A stretch of DNA of 48,666 nucleotides, from positions 1 through 48,666 of the forward strand of contig CAVWLW010000011.1 in the NCBI GenBank assembly GCA_963755715.1, written 5' to 3'. The notes beneath the pieces were generated by a model, which was not told the origin of the DNA, ran no database searches, and saw only the letters and a program-made list of their open reading frames with translations. The position numbers and the translations under genes are program-made. The number at the start of each line of letters is the position of its first letter. The first letter of the stretch is position 1. Shown one piece after another: positions 7,438 through 21,303 of this stretch. This stretch comes from an uncultured delta proteobacterium (GTDB lineage: Bacteria > Desulfobacterota > Binatia > UBA9968).

Positions 7438-8314
7438 GCTTGCGGTTGATTATCTGAAAAAACTAAACACCTATCACACTAAAGCCTGGGCAAAGCAGGT
7501 ACGCTGGAAACTTAATCGATATTTTAAGACACTTTTTGGGTTAGAGGCTGATTCGATTACCGCCCAAGCCATCCAGCGAATATTGCTGGATCTAAACGGC
7601 AAGAAAAAACCCGCGACCCTAAACGAGTACAGAAAAATCCTCAATGCGATATTCAACCTCGCCATAAAAAACAACCTGATCTCCGATAACCCGATTAAGC
7701 ACCTGCCGCCGTTTCCAGAAGACGACACGCCAAAATATATTCCGCCGGAAGGCGATTTCCTCAAAGTCCTGCAGGCCGCCACGCCCGACCAAAGGGCCCA
7801 CCTCCTTTTTCTGAAAAATACCATGTGCCGAATTGGCGCTAGCAGGAACGCAACTTGGAGTGATGTGAATTTTGAAGAAAGGTGGGTCACCCTCAAGACG
7901 CGTAAGAAACGCGGTGGCTCGGAAAGAAGATGGAAGGTCCCGCTTAACAGCGAACTGATAAAGGTCCTTACGGAGCTCAAGCAGAGATCAACGTCCGAAT
8001 ATATTTTTCCAAACAAAGATAACAACCATCAGAAGCAGTACCCCAGATACTTAAGAGGATTGTGCAAACAAGCTGGGGTAAAGCCATTCACCTTCCATTG
8101 CATACGTCACTTTGCCGCAACGGTCGCGGCCAATCGGAATGCGCCTTTGCCAGCGATACAGACCATCTTGGGTCACGAAGATATAGCGACAACCAGCATC
8201 TATCTTCAGTCTCTCGACGAAACGGTAAGAAGCACCGCCGAATCACTCGTGGGACAAGGCCATTTCTCAGAAAAAGTCCTCACCAAGTCCTCACCAGAGC
8301 CCGATCCGGACTGA
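7262..8314 (+). CDS. int: Tyrosine recombinase/integrase
   Basis: N-terminal arm-binding region (GFQTKKAA); catalytic MCRIG, FHCIRH and LGH...TSIY; adjacent to the tRNA. Confidence 0.93.
   Translation: MSSFWRKDRKCWAYEFQYKKQPYRGSGFQTKKAAARAEADARELLRSGKFRTAIPTFRELAVDYLKKLNTYHTKAWAKQVRWKLNRYFKTLFGLEADSITAQAIQRILLDLNGKKKPATLNEYRKILNAIFNLAIKNNLISDNPIKHLPPFPEDDTPKYIPPEGDFLKVLQAATPDQRAHLLFLKNTMCRIGASRNATWSDVNFEERWVTLKTRKKRGGSERRWKVPLNSELIKVLTELKQRSTSEYIFPNKDNNHQKQYPRYLRGLCKQAGVKPFTFHCIRHFAATVAANRNAPLPAIQTILGHEDIATTSIYLQSLDETVRSTAESLVGQGHFSEKVLTKSSPEPDPD
8274..8295 (+). repeat. Tandem 11-bp direct repeat AAGTCCTCACC x2, putative integrase arm-type sites
   Basis: Two exact adjacent copies about 75 bp from the tRNA 3' end, plus a partial AAGTCCT at 8342-8348. 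Confidence 0.55.
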
Positions 8315-8369
8315 CCGGTGCGGTGTCAGTTCAAGTGAAATAAGTCCTTGGTAAGATTAAAGAAATTAA

Positions 8370-8446
8370 TGGTCGGGGCGAGCGGATTTGAACCGCTGAC
8401 CACACGCACCCCAAGCGTGTGCGCTACCAGGCTGCGCTACGCCCCG
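8370..8446 (-). tRNA. tRNA-Pro(GGG)
   Basis: Reverse complement CGGGGCGTAGCGCAGCCTGGTAGCGCACACGCTTGGGGTGCGTGTGGTCAGCGGTTCAAATCCGCTCGCCCCGACCA folds as a cloverleaf with anticodon GGG and encoded CCA. Confidence 0.97.
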
Positions 8447-8573
8447 ACAAGGTTTGGAAGTATGCGGAATGTAACATTCCGCGCGCGCTAAATCAATTTA
8501 TATGGGTCGGGAGAACCCTTGAATGACCTACGCAAATGGAGAATTGGAACTGGTCGCGAAGGCGCGACCATGT

Positions 8574-8927
8574 TTAGGAAAGTAATCTGCGCAGCGACTC
8601 TAAATCTTTTTTGAGTTTCACCAGAGCGCTTTTATATTTCTGTTCGGAAAGAGGCAGCTTCAGTTGATCTTTTTCTTCTTTCTTCGCTTCTTTCAATTTC
8701 TTCCGGGCTCCTTCGATCGTGAAGCCTTCAGTGTAAAGAAGCCGCTTGATTTCGAGCAGAAGCTCGACGTCGCGCTTCTTGTATAAGCGATGTTTCGACG
8801 GCGCCTTGGAAGGCTTGAGCAGATCGAACTCGGTTTCCCAATAGCGCAGCACGTAGGGTTCGACACCGACGATTTCACTCACTTCGCCGATCTTAAAATA
8901 TATTTTCTCCGGCAAGCGCGGCGGCAT
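8574..8927 (-). CDS. MerR family transcriptional regulator
   Basis: YFKIGEVSEIVGVEPYVLRYWETEF HTH; conserved position after ihfA. Confidence 0.92.
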   Translation of the reverse strand: MPPRLPEKIYFKIGEVSEIVGVEPYVLRYWETEFDLLKPSKAPSKHRLYKKRDVELLLEIKRLLYTEGFTIEGARKKLKEAKKEEKDQLKLPLSEQKYKSALVKLKKDLESLRRLLS

Positions 8928-8935
8928 GACCGATC

Positions 8936-9256
8936 CTATTCGGCCGCGGTTGAGCCGGGCGAAGACTCCGGCGACGAGGACATGCCGTTTAAGCTCTTTT
9001 TCATGATTTGGCTCGCCTTAAAAGTCAAAACCTTGCGGCCGACGATGATGATCTCATCGCCGGTTTGCGGATTTCGTCCTTTGCGCGGCCGTTTGGTATT
9101 GACGACGAAATTCCCAAAGCCGGAAATTTTCACTTTTTCACCGTGCTCCAAACAACCTTTGATGATGTCGAAAGTGGCTTCCACAACATCCGTCGCATCC
9201 TTTTTTGAAAATCCGACTTTTTCGTAAATGCGCGTGATAATTTCTGCTTTCGTCAT
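8936..9256 (-). CDS. ihfA: Integration host factor subunit alpha
   Basis: MTKAEI..., VKISGFGNF and GRNPQTG; follows pheT. Confidence 0.93.
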   Translation of the reverse strand: MTKAEIITRIYEKVGFSKKDATDVVEATFDIIKGCLEHGEKVKISGFGNFVVNTKRPRKGRNPQTGDEIIIVGRKVLTFKASQIMKKSLNGMSSSPESSPGSTAAE

Positions 9257-9292
9257 TTTTTACCCCTTTGTGAGATTCGATGATCAACCGTC

Positions 9293-11373
9293 TCAACTAC
9301 GCCGTTCAGCGCCGAAAGTTTCTCCGAGCCGCCCAACGAGCTTTTGGTGCAGTTCATTGACTTCCAAATCGGTTAAAGTTTTGTCCTCGGCGCGATAAGA
9401 AACACGGTACGCCAGGCTTTTCTTTCCATCCGGGACCGGCGCCCCCAGATACTGGTCGAAAACCTCGACACGTTCGATCCAAGGTTCGCCGAGAGCGGCA
9501 ATCCAACTGATGATTTGTTGGGAAGCAAATTCACGATCGACCACTATTGCAACGTCGCGCTCGACGGCCGGAAAACGTGGAAGCGACTCTGTGACTATTC
9601 GGCGCGGAGCATACTCAAGCAGTTTCTCCAAGTCAAGTTCAAACAGCAGCACCGGCGCCACCTCAAGCTGGTCCGCCAAATTCGGATGCAATTCACCTAA
9701 ATAACCCAGCGCAGTGTCGCCTACCGCAAATTCGCCGATTTTCCGGGGTGCAAAAACTCTAATTCGCTGCGCGACCAACTCGCCGATTCTTCCAAACGGA
9801 AAAGTCCCAGGACGGCTTCCACCAGCCCTTTACACTCGAGAAATCCGATCGGCCGCTCTTCGCGCGAGCGCAAACCGTGACTCGCACGCGGACCGTACAA
9901 AATTCCGCCGACGGCTGTCCGTTCACCGGTTGCCGCGCTCGCGGTCGAACAAAAGACCTTGCCGAGGTGATAGGCATGAAAACTTTTCATCTTCTGAGCG
10001 AGATTGAGCCGCAGATTGTCGATCAATCCCGGAATCAAGCTAAAGCGCATTTCGGCGTTTTCCTTAGCCAAGGGATTGAGCACCGTCACCGCTGCGGTCG
10101 TCGGCGACCAAAGTCCGGTGAAAGTTCGATTCAATTGTTTCGAAGTGAATGGCAGATTGATTACTTCGGTCATGCCCTCGCCGGCGAGCAGCGACCGGAG
10201 CCTTCTTTCCCATAGTAAGCGAGGGTCGGTCTTTCCGGCAATCTTCATCAGCGGCAGCGTCGTCGGCAAACTGTCATAACCACGCAGGCGCGCCAGCTCT
10301 TCGATCAAGTCGGCTTCACGGATAAGATCGGGCCGGGTTGCCGGCACGCTGACCTTCAGGCTCCGGCTCTTTGTTTGTCCTTCGGTTTTTAAGCCGAGGG
10401 CGCGAAGTAGTTTCTCAGCTTGCTTGAGTTCGACAGGAACGCCCAAGAGGCTTTCTATTCGCTCTTGGCGCAACCGCAGCGCGATCGGCTTCATGCGGCC
10501 GGGATAACTGTCCGCGGCGCCGGCCAGCGCGCTGCCTCCGGCAATCTCGTTGATCAGCCATACCACACGGTCCAGCGCTCGAATCGTGCCGTCGGGATCG
10601 ACGCCCCGTTCGAACCGATGCGAAGCTTCGCTGTGCAGCGCCAGGCGCTTGGCCGTGCGCCGAATACTGGATGGCGCAAAGTTCGCGCTCTCCAGCAAAA
10701 CTGCGCGCGTCGTGTCGGTCACTTCGGAATTGAATCCCCCCATCACTCCGGCTAGAGCAACCGGGACGTCGCCGTCGCAAATCAAAAGATCATCGGCGGC
10801 CAACTCTCTTTCGACGCCGTCCAGCGTGGTAAATTTTTTAATATCTCCCGCGCTTTTCACGACGATTTTCTTGTTCCCCAAGCGGTCAAGATCGAACGCA
10901 TGAAGCGGCTGACCGGTTTCGAGCATCACATAGTTGGTGGCGTCAACGACATTGTTGATAGCACGGATGCCGCAGGCTTCGAGCCGGTAGCGCAACCAGG
11001 TCGGCGCTGGTGCGACCCTGACGTCGTCTACGAGCCGCGCAGAATAGCGCGCGCAGAGTTTGGGATCGTCAATCTGAAGGGTGATACGCGTGCTAATTCT
11101 CGCGTCCTTTTTGGATACGCTCGCCTGCGGCGCTTTGAGCGGGGCACCGGTCAAAGCCGAAACTTCGCGCGCAACACCGGCAAGCCCAAGACAGTCGCCC
11201 CGGTTCGGCGTGACGGCGATTTCGAACAACCAGTCTTCGCGATTCGTTTCCGGTTCGCGCAACGGAGTCAGTGTCTCCACCTCGAGGCCCGCCATAGTAA
11301 GCAGTTTGGCAAGCGCCTCCGGCGCACCGGTGAAATCGACAAGTTCTTTAAGCCAGTTGAGAGTGAATTTCAT
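9293..11373 (-). CDS. pheT: Phenylalanyl-tRNA synthetase beta subunit (short form), split by a frameshift near 9725
   Basis: TPNRGDCLG, INNVVDATNYVMLETGQPLHAFD and FLHPGKSA in one frame; GYLGELHP...RFPAVERD...SLAYR (FDX-ACB) in the next. Confidence 0.93.
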
Positions 11374-11420
11374 AGGATTGGAGTGATGGATCTTCTACCC
11401 ACTACTCCACCTCTGACCGT

Positions 11421-12461
11421 CTAGCCAAACTGCCGCAGAAATCTCAAGTCGTTTTGAAAAAACAGCCGAATATCGTCGATGCCGTATTTGAGCATGGCAA
11501 TCCGCTCAACGCCCATGCCGAAGGCGAAGCCCGAGACCTTTTCCGGATCGTAGCCGACAAACTCAAAAACGGCCGGGTCGATCATACCGGCGCCGAGGAT
11601 TTCCAGCCAACCCGAGGTTTTACAAACGCGACAGGCCTGTCCATCTCTGAGCGTGCCGCTGCCGCCGCAGATGACGCACTGAATATCGATCTCAGCACTC
11701 GGCTCGGTAAACGGAAAAAAGCTCGGCCGAAACCTGACCTCAGCATCACGATTAAAAATCTGCCGCAAAAAATGCGTCAAGACGCCTTTCAGATCGGAGA
11801 AGGATATGGATTGGTCGACCATGAAGCCTTCGACCTGATGGAACATCGGCGAATGCGTGGCATCGTCATCGTGGCGATAAACGGCTCCGGGCACGATCAC
11901 TTGGAGCGGCGGCTTGCGACTTTCCATAGTGCGGATTTGCACCGGCGAAGTATGAGTTCTCAACAACCCGTCGTGGGACACGAAGATAGTGTCCTGCATA
12001 TCGCGCGCCGGATGATCTTTCGGAAAGTTAAGCGCCACGAAATTATGATAATCGTCTTCGATATCGGGACCGCGCGCGATTTCAAAGCCCATTCCAGAAA
12101 AAATATCGATGATCTCGTCGATAACCAGAGTGATCGGATGCGAACTGCCCCTCACCCAACGCGTTCCGGGAAGCGTGATGTCGACTCGCTCTTCTTTTAA
12201 CGCTTGGGTTTTGGCTTGTTGTTTTACCGAGCCGAGCTGCTCCTCCAAACGCTCTTCGAGAGTGCGGCGCAACTGGTTGAGTTGCTCGCCGGCACGCCGC
12301 CGCTCTTCTCCGGGCAAATCTTTGAGGCCACGGAGCCGCAGTGTCACGCTACCGCTTCGACCCAAGACCTCTATCCGGATTTGTTCCAGCTCTTTCTCGG
12401 AGCTGGCTTGCTGAATACGAGCCAGAACCTCTCCCTGGAGAGTTTCCACGGAATCGTTCAT
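11421..12461 (-). CDS. pheS: Phenylalanyl-tRNA synthetase alpha subunit
   Basis: HPARDMQDT, LRTHTSPVQ, FPFTEPS and GFAFGMGVER. Confidence 0.97.
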   Translation of the reverse strand: MNDSVETLQGEVLARIQQASSEKELEQIRIEVLGRSGSVTLRLRGLKDLPGEERRRAGEQLNQLRRTLEERLEEQLGSVKQQAKTQALKEERVDITLPGTRWVRGSSHPITLVIDEIIDIFSGMGFEIARGPDIEDDYHNFVALNFPKDHPARDMQDTIFVSHDGLLRTHTSPVQIRTMESRKPPLQVIVPGAVYRHDDDATHSPMFHQVEGFMVDQSISFSDLKGVLTHFLRQIFNRDAEVRFRPSFFPFTEPSAEIDIQCVICGGSGTLRDGQACRVCKTSGWLEILGAGMIDPAVFEFVGYDPEKVSGFAFGMGVERIAMLKYGIDDIRLFFQNDLRFLRQFG

Positions 12462-12482
12462 TCGACGGCACGAAAGGGACGC

Positions 12483-12842
12483 TTACGCGCCTAGGTGAGA
12501 TTTTGCGGTTTGCGCTAACTGACCGAACGCGGACATGTCGGCAACGGCAATCTCAGCCAAAATCTTGCGGTCGATCTCCACGCCGGCTTGCTTGAGTCCC
12601 TTGATCAATTGGCTGTACGAAAGACCGTTGATTTTGGCCGCTGCGCCAATGCGGGTGATCCATAGGCCGCGAAAGGTTCTTTTCTTGATTCGCCGATCAC
12701 GATACGCGAACGTCAGCGCCCGCTCTACCGTTTCCCGCGCCGACCGATACAAGCGTCCTCGGCCGCCAACGTAGCCTTTCGCAAGCTTCATGATCTTCTT
12801 GCGTCTCTGCCTCGATTTGCTTCCACCTTTAGCTCTGGGCAC
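12483..12842 (-). CDS. rplT: 50S ribosomal protein L20
   Basis: [20 protein letters not shown]; GTG start. Confidence 0.97.
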   Translation of the reverse strand: MPRAKGGSKSRQRRKKIMKLAKGYVGGRGRLYRSARETVERALTFAYRDRRIKKRTFRGLWITRIGAAAKINGLSYSQLIKGLKQAGVEIDRKILAEIAVADMSAFGQLAQTAKSHLGA

Positions 12843-12932
12843 TGGAAAACTCCTTCCTGAGTTAATATGAATGACGAGAAATTGGAGTCCGTGTTGGCAC
12901 TCAAACCTCGCTACTCGGTCCTCAGTCCTGCT

Positions 12933-13130
12933 TTATTTATAGGGTATCAGCTTACGAATATTCTTCGTTTCAACCGCGGCCACCGTCGTTGACTGCCGCA
13001 AATGTCTTTTTTGTTTCTTGCTCTTGCTCGAGAGAATGTGACGTTTATAGCCTTTGTTGCGCTTGATCTTACCGCTGGCGGTGACGCGAAATCTTTTCGC
13101 CGCCGCTCTGTTAGTTTTAATTTTGGGCAC
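12933..13130 (-). CDS. rpmI: 50S ribosomal protein L35
   Basis: [13 protein letters not shown]; GTG start. Confidence 0.96.
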   Translation of the reverse strand: MPKIKTNRAAAKRFRVTASGKIKRNKGYKRHILSSKSKKQKRHLRQSTTVAAVETKNIRKLIPYK

Positions 13131-13175
13131 TTTTTCACTCCTCTAATTTTACTTTTCGCGGTCTCGGTTGAGCCG

Positions 13176-13679
13176 TCACTTTGGCGACAATAGCATCGCC
13201 ATGTTTCTTCCCTCCAGCCGTGGTTCGATGTCAACTTTAGCAACATCGAGTACCTGACCGACAACGCCCCGGAGCATCTGCCGGCCCAATTCAGGATGGG
13301 TGATTTCTCGACCGCGAAAGAAAACCGATACTTTGACTCTTTGGCCTTTCCCGATAAATTGACGAATGTTTCGGACCTTATGCTCGACGTCGTGGGCGTC
13401 GGTGCGAGAGCCCATTTTCACTTCTTTGATCTCGACTACCGAATGCTTTTTCGGCCCATGGGATTTCTTTTTTTGCTCGTAGCGAAATTTGCCGTAATCC
13501 ATCATGCGGCACACGGGCGGCTGCGCGTCCGGAGCCACTTCAACCAAATCGAGCTCCTGGGCTTCCACTTGTTTGAGCGCCTCGTGCAATGGCAATACTC
13601 CCAGTTGCTCGCCCTTCGGTCCGATCACCCGCACTTCGCGCGCGCGAATTTGATGATTGATCCTCGCTTCCCTAGCTAT
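13176..13679 (-). CDS. infC: Translation initiation factor IF-3, non-canonical ATA start
   Basis: In-frame extension (I)AREARINHQIRAREVRVIG upstream of the ORF-track GTG; SD GGAGGT 5 nt before ATA at 13679-13677; LDLVEVAPDAQPPVCRMMDYGKF. Confidence 0.93.
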   Translation of the reverse strand: MAREARINHQIRAREVRVIGPKGEQLGVLPLHEALKQVEAQELDLVEVAPDAQPPVCRMMDYGKFRYEQKKKSHGPKKHSVVEIKEVKMGSRTDAHDVEHKVRNIRQFIGKGQRVKVSVFFRGREITHPELGRQMLRGVVGQVLDVAKVDIEPRLEGRNMAMLLSPK

Positions 13680-13712
13680 AGGCCACCTCCATGTCCAGTT
13701 TGATTCCCATAT

Positions 13713-15626
13713 TTATGCCTCTCCCATTTCTTGCGCAACCTCGGCGCAAATCTTTTGGCTAAATTCGGCAAGCGACATGGCCGGTAAATTCTCGCCGCCA
13801 CGCCGCCGGGGCGCGACCGTCCCAGCCTCGACTTCCTTGTCACCGATCACGAGCGCGTACGGGACCTTGGCCAATTGCGCTTCGCGAATCTTATAGCCGA
13901 GCTTTTCATTTCGAAGGTCCAATTCCACGCGCCAGCCGGCATCGCGAAGTTGCTCGAACACTTTTGTAGCATATTCTTTCTGATCGTCGGTAACGGTCAG
14001 GATCTTTACTTGCACCGGCGCCAGCCAGAGTGGAAATGCGCCCGCGCAATGCTCCAGCAGAATGGCGATAAAGCGCTCGATCGAGCCCAAAACTGCGCGA
14101 TGCAGCATGACCGGTGTCGCTTCGCTGCCTTCCGGAGTTACATACTTGAGATCAAAGCGCTCGGGCATCGCGCAGTCGATCTGCACAGTCGCGAGCGTCC
14201 ACGAGCGTTCGAGCACGTCGCGGAAATCGAAGCCGATCTTCGGCCCGTAAAACGCGCCCTCTCCAGGCAGGACTTTCACCGAAAATCCCGACCGTTCCAG
14301 ACAGCGGCGCAGCGCCGCCTCGGCGGCGTCCCAGAGCTCGATCCGGCCGAGAAATTTCTCCGGCCGCGTCTGGAGCGTGACTTCGATCCTATCAAAACCG
14401 AAGACCTTGTAGACCTCCTTGGTCATCGCGACAAATTGTTCGAGTTCACTGTCAAGTTGCTCCGGCGTGCAGTAAATATGCGCATCGTCTTGAGCGAAGG
14501 AACGCACGCGCGTCAAACCGGACAATACGCCCGACGGCTCGAAGCGATGCAGTCGGCTAAAGTCGGCAAAGCGAATCGGCAGATCACGATAGGAATATTT
14601 GCGCGAAGCGAATAGGTAACAATGGCCCGGACAGTTCATCGGCTTTACGCCGTATTCGCCGTCGTGCACTTCCATCAAGAACATATCGTCACGAAAGGCT
14701 TCATAATGTCCCGAGGTTTTCCACAGATCTGTTTTATAGATCAGCGGCGTCACTACCTCGGTGTAACCGTAGCGGCTGTAAAGCGTGCGGATATATTGGA
14801 TCAGCCGGTTGTAGATGACCGTGCCCTTAGGATGAAAAAAAGGCGATCCCGGCGCGATCGGATGAAGCGAGAACAAATCCAAAGCCGGGCCAAGGCGCCG
14901 ATGATCGCGCTGCTTCGCTTCTTCGACCCGCTTGAGATAGGCATCGAGGTCTTTGCGATTGGCCCAGGCGGTGCCGTAGATCCGCTGCAACTGTTCGTTG
15001 CGCGAATCACCGCGCCAGTACGCGCCGGCGATACTGGTCAGCTTAAATGCCTTGATGGCAGAGGTGCGCGGCACATGAGGACCGCGGCAAAGATCGACCC
15101 AATCGCCCTGGCGGTAAAGCGACACGTTGTCATCCGCGATTCCTTCGATGATCTCGACCTTGTAGTGCTCGCCCATTTTGCGAAAAAGCTCGATGGCTTC
15201 GCTGCGCGGCATTTCTTCGCGCACGATCGGCAAATTGGCTTTGACCAGTTCCTGCATCTTCTTTTCAATCAACTGCAACTCTTCGGGAGCGAAAGGCGCA
15301 TCCCGTTTGAAGTCGTAGTAGAAACCGTTTTCGATCGTTGGGCCGATCGTGACCTGCGTGCCGGGAAAAAGACTCTGAACCGCTTGCGCCATTAAATGAG
15401 CCGTCGAGTGACGCAGAGTATCAAGCCCCTCTGGGCTTTCCGGCGACACCCACTCCACCGTCGAGTCTTTGTCCAAAATCCGACTTAGATCGACCAGCCG
15501 GCCATCGACTTTGGCTGCGATGAGGTCCTTTTTGCCCCCCACCTCAGAGGCCAGCTCGTTGATCCGTATACCAGGACGAACGTCGACGAATTTTCCGTCA
15601 GGCAATGTGACGTGGATCCTGTCCAT
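13713..15626 (-). CDS. thrS: Threonyl-tRNA synthetase
   Basis: TGS domain, HSTAHL, DLCRGPH, KPMNCPGH and GEGAFYGPK. Confidence 0.97.
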   Translation of the reverse strand: MDRIHVTLPDGKFVDVRPGIRINELASEVGGKKDLIAAKVDGRLVDLSRILDKDSTVEWVSPESPEGLDTLRHSTAHLMAQAVQSLFPGTQVTIGPTIENGFYYDFKRDAPFAPEELQLIEKKMQELVKANLPIVREEMPRSEAIELFRKMGEHYKVEIIEGIADDNVSLYRQGDWVDLCRGPHVPRTSAIKAFKLTSIAGAYWRGDSRNEQLQRIYGTAWANRKDLDAYLKRVEEAKQRDHRRLGPALDLFSLHPIAPGSPFFHPKGTVIYNRLIQYIRTLYSRYGYTEVVTPLIYKTDLWKTSGHYEAFRDDMFLMEVHDGEYGVKPMNCPGHCYLFASRKYSYRDLPIRFADFSRLHRFEPSGVLSGLTRVRSFAQDDAHIYCTPEQLDSELEQFVAMTKEVYKVFGFDRIEVTLQTRPEKFLGRIELWDAAEAALRRCLERSGFSVKVLPGEGAFYGPKIGFDFRDVLERSWTLATVQIDCAMPERFDLKYVTPEGSEATPVMLHRAVLGSIERFIAILLEHCAGAFPLWLAPVQVKILTVTDDQKEYATKVFEQLRDAGWRVELDLRNEKLGYKIREAQLAKVPYALVIGDKEVEAGTVAPRRRGGENLPAMSLAEFSQKICAEVAQEMGEA

Positions 15627-15643
15627 GCGATTCGGTTAGAAAA

Positions 15644-15718
15644 TGGTAGGCACGGGCAGGATTGAACTGCCGACCTCTTCCGTGTCAAGGAAGCGCTCTC
15701 CCACTGAGCTACGTGCCT
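15644..15718 (-). tRNA. tRNA-Val(GAC)
   Basis: Reverse complement AGGCACGTAGCTCAGTGGGAGAGCGCTTCCTTGACACGGAAGAGGTCGGCAGTTCAATCCTGCCCGTGCCTACCA; anticodon GAC, CCA end. Confidence 0.97.
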
Positions 15719-15874
15719 GCGGGGTCCGACGGAAGCAGTTAGTTTGGTTGAATCGAACAAACATTAAATAGTTTTGAATTTGGCTTTGTGCCGATGCTCC
15801 CCTTCAGGGCTCTGCCTGAAAGCGCGGCAAACAGCGCAAGAGATCGATTTTATTATCAATTTCCAGCCCGCATG

Positions 15875-16441
15875 TCAACCAGGCCGGGTGATGGATGGGG
15901 CCCGACTTTGCAGCCAGACCAGCCCTCGGTAGAGATACTGACATCCGGAAACAACCGTTACAACGGCCGTCGCACCGACGAAAACATCCAGGACTCGCGG
16001 ATCTAAAAGCCGCGGGTCGTCGAGCATAACCAAAGCCACCGCCAACGTTAAAAGCTGCAAGGTAGTGCTCCATTTACCCACGACCGTCGGCTTCACTTGC
16101 AGCCGCTCTTCGATCAGAAAATAAATAATCGCGTAACCCACCAGGATCAGAACATCGCGGCCCACGACGACAATTGCGAGCCACATGGGAATGCCCCCGA
16201 TGGATCCGAGCATAATGAAGGAAGTAATCACGAGCAGCTTGTCGGCGACCGGATCCAAATAGGCGCCGAGAGCGGTCTGCTGCTTCATCCAGCGGGCAAC
16301 GAACCCATCTAAAAAATCGGTCAGACCACCGATGGCGAAAACCACCAGCGCTTCCCAATAGAAGTGATAGGATAGGAATTCCAGAAACACCGGGATCGTC
16401 AATATACGCAGGAGCGTAAGAAAATTCGGCAGGTTCAGCAT
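15875..16441 (-). CDS. pgsA: CDP-alcohol phosphatidyltransferase (PgsA-like)
   Basis: NLPNFLTLLR and DFLDGFVAR...GAYLDPVADK. Confidence 0.85.
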   Translation of the reverse strand: MLNLPNFLTLLRILTIPVFLEFLSYHFYWEALVVFAIGGLTDFLDGFVARWMKQQTALGAYLDPVADKLLVITSFIMLGSIGGIPMWLAIVVVGRDVLILVGYAIIYFLIEERLQVKPTVVGKWSTTLQLLTLAVALVMLDDPRLLDPRVLDVFVGATAVVTVVSGCQYLYRGLVWLQSRAPSITRPG

Positions 16442-16447
16442 GAAGGG

Positions 16448-17748
16448 TCACGACGGCCGCTCGGCTTGCACGCCATTAACGCCGAGTAACTTACGCATTT
16501 GCCCGGCGAGCTTGGGCGTAACCATGGCGGTGACTCGGATCAAATCATTGTCATATTCTTCTTGGACGATCCGGCCGCGCTCACGCAATAGCGCCAGCAA
16601 GGGTCCCTGAGACGGCGTAAAGCTCGCTTGGAATTGCTCTTTCTCCCGATCGAGAATCTTTCCGACCGTTAGCAAAAGCTGCTCGACGCCGGAACCGGTC
16701 AATGCCGAGATCGGACAAACTCCGAGCACATCCTTGGCCTTGAACTGCGCCATCGGCAGCATTGAGATCCGATCGGTCTTGTTAGGCACCAGCAGCGTCG
16801 GCAACTCGCCCGCGCCAATCTCGTCCAGCACCTTCTCGATGACGCGGACCTGTTCTTCGAAAAGCGGGTTGGCCAAATCTACCAGGTGCAGCAGCAAGTC
16901 GGCGCGGCTGACTTCTTCGAGCGTGCTCTTGAACGCTTCGATCAAGGAATGGGGAATCTTGTGGATAAAACCGACGGTATCGACAAGCATCACTTTATCG
17001 CCGCTGGGCAAGCGGAGCGCGCGCGTGGTTGGGTCAAGCGTCGCGAACAGTTTGTCTTCAACAAAGACCCCGGCGCGCGTGAGCGTGTTCATCAGAGTCG
17101 ATTTACCCGCGTTGGTATAACCGACCAACGCTACGGTCGGAAACGGCACCTCGTGACGTTCCTTGCGTTGGAGCGCGCGGGTGCGTTCGACGGTCTCGAG
17201 CCGATGTTTGAGATGGCTGATGCGCTCGCGAATGCGCCGTCGATCCACTTCCAACTGCGTCTCGCCGGGACCTCGGGTGCCGATACCGCCGCCGAGCCGC
17301 GACAGATGGGTCCATTGGCGCGTCAGCCGTGGCAACAAATATTCGAGTTGCGCCAACTCGACCTGCAGCTTGCCCTCGTTGCTGCGCGCGCGCTGCGCGA
17401 AAATGTCTAGAATCAACTGGCTACGATCGATGACGCGGATTTTGAACGCAGCTTCCAAGTTGCGCTGCTGCGCCGGCGTGAGATCTTCATCGACGATGAT
17501 CAAGTCCGCGTGATTCTCACTCAGGCTCTTTTGAATTTCGTCGACCTTGCCGCGGCCGATCAACGTCGCCGGCGTGATGTTTCTCACCTGCTGGGCGAAT
17601 TTGGTTAAGACCGTCGCGCCCGCGGTTTCAGCCAACCGTTCGAGCTCTTCCATGCTTTCGTCGAGCGCTAGTTTGTGATCGCGCGACGGCAGCTCGACGC
17701 CCACCAGAACGGCCTTCTCCCTGCGATGCTCGGTGGAAATCAACTGCT

Positions 17749-17752
<4 letters not shown>
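16448..17752 (-). CDS. hflX: GTPase HflX
   Basis: GGGIGTRGPGETQLE, GYTNAGKS, LFATLDPT and DTVGF. Confidence 0.96.
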
Positions 17753-21261
<3,509 letters not shown>

Positions 21262-21303
21262 CAGAGCTATTAATCAACTACCATAAAGCCGACGACTCGA
21301 CAA

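Larger units (their letters stand above)
1..8369. mobile_element. Integrative element (ICE/IME-like), right end, inserted at the 3' end of tRNA-Pro(GGG); left end outside the window
   Basis: Xis and tyrosine integrase lie directly next to the tRNA 3' end. Cargo includes an MTase, an SNF2 helicase and a lytic transglycosylase. Core genes begin on the other side of the tRNA. Confidence 0.85.
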
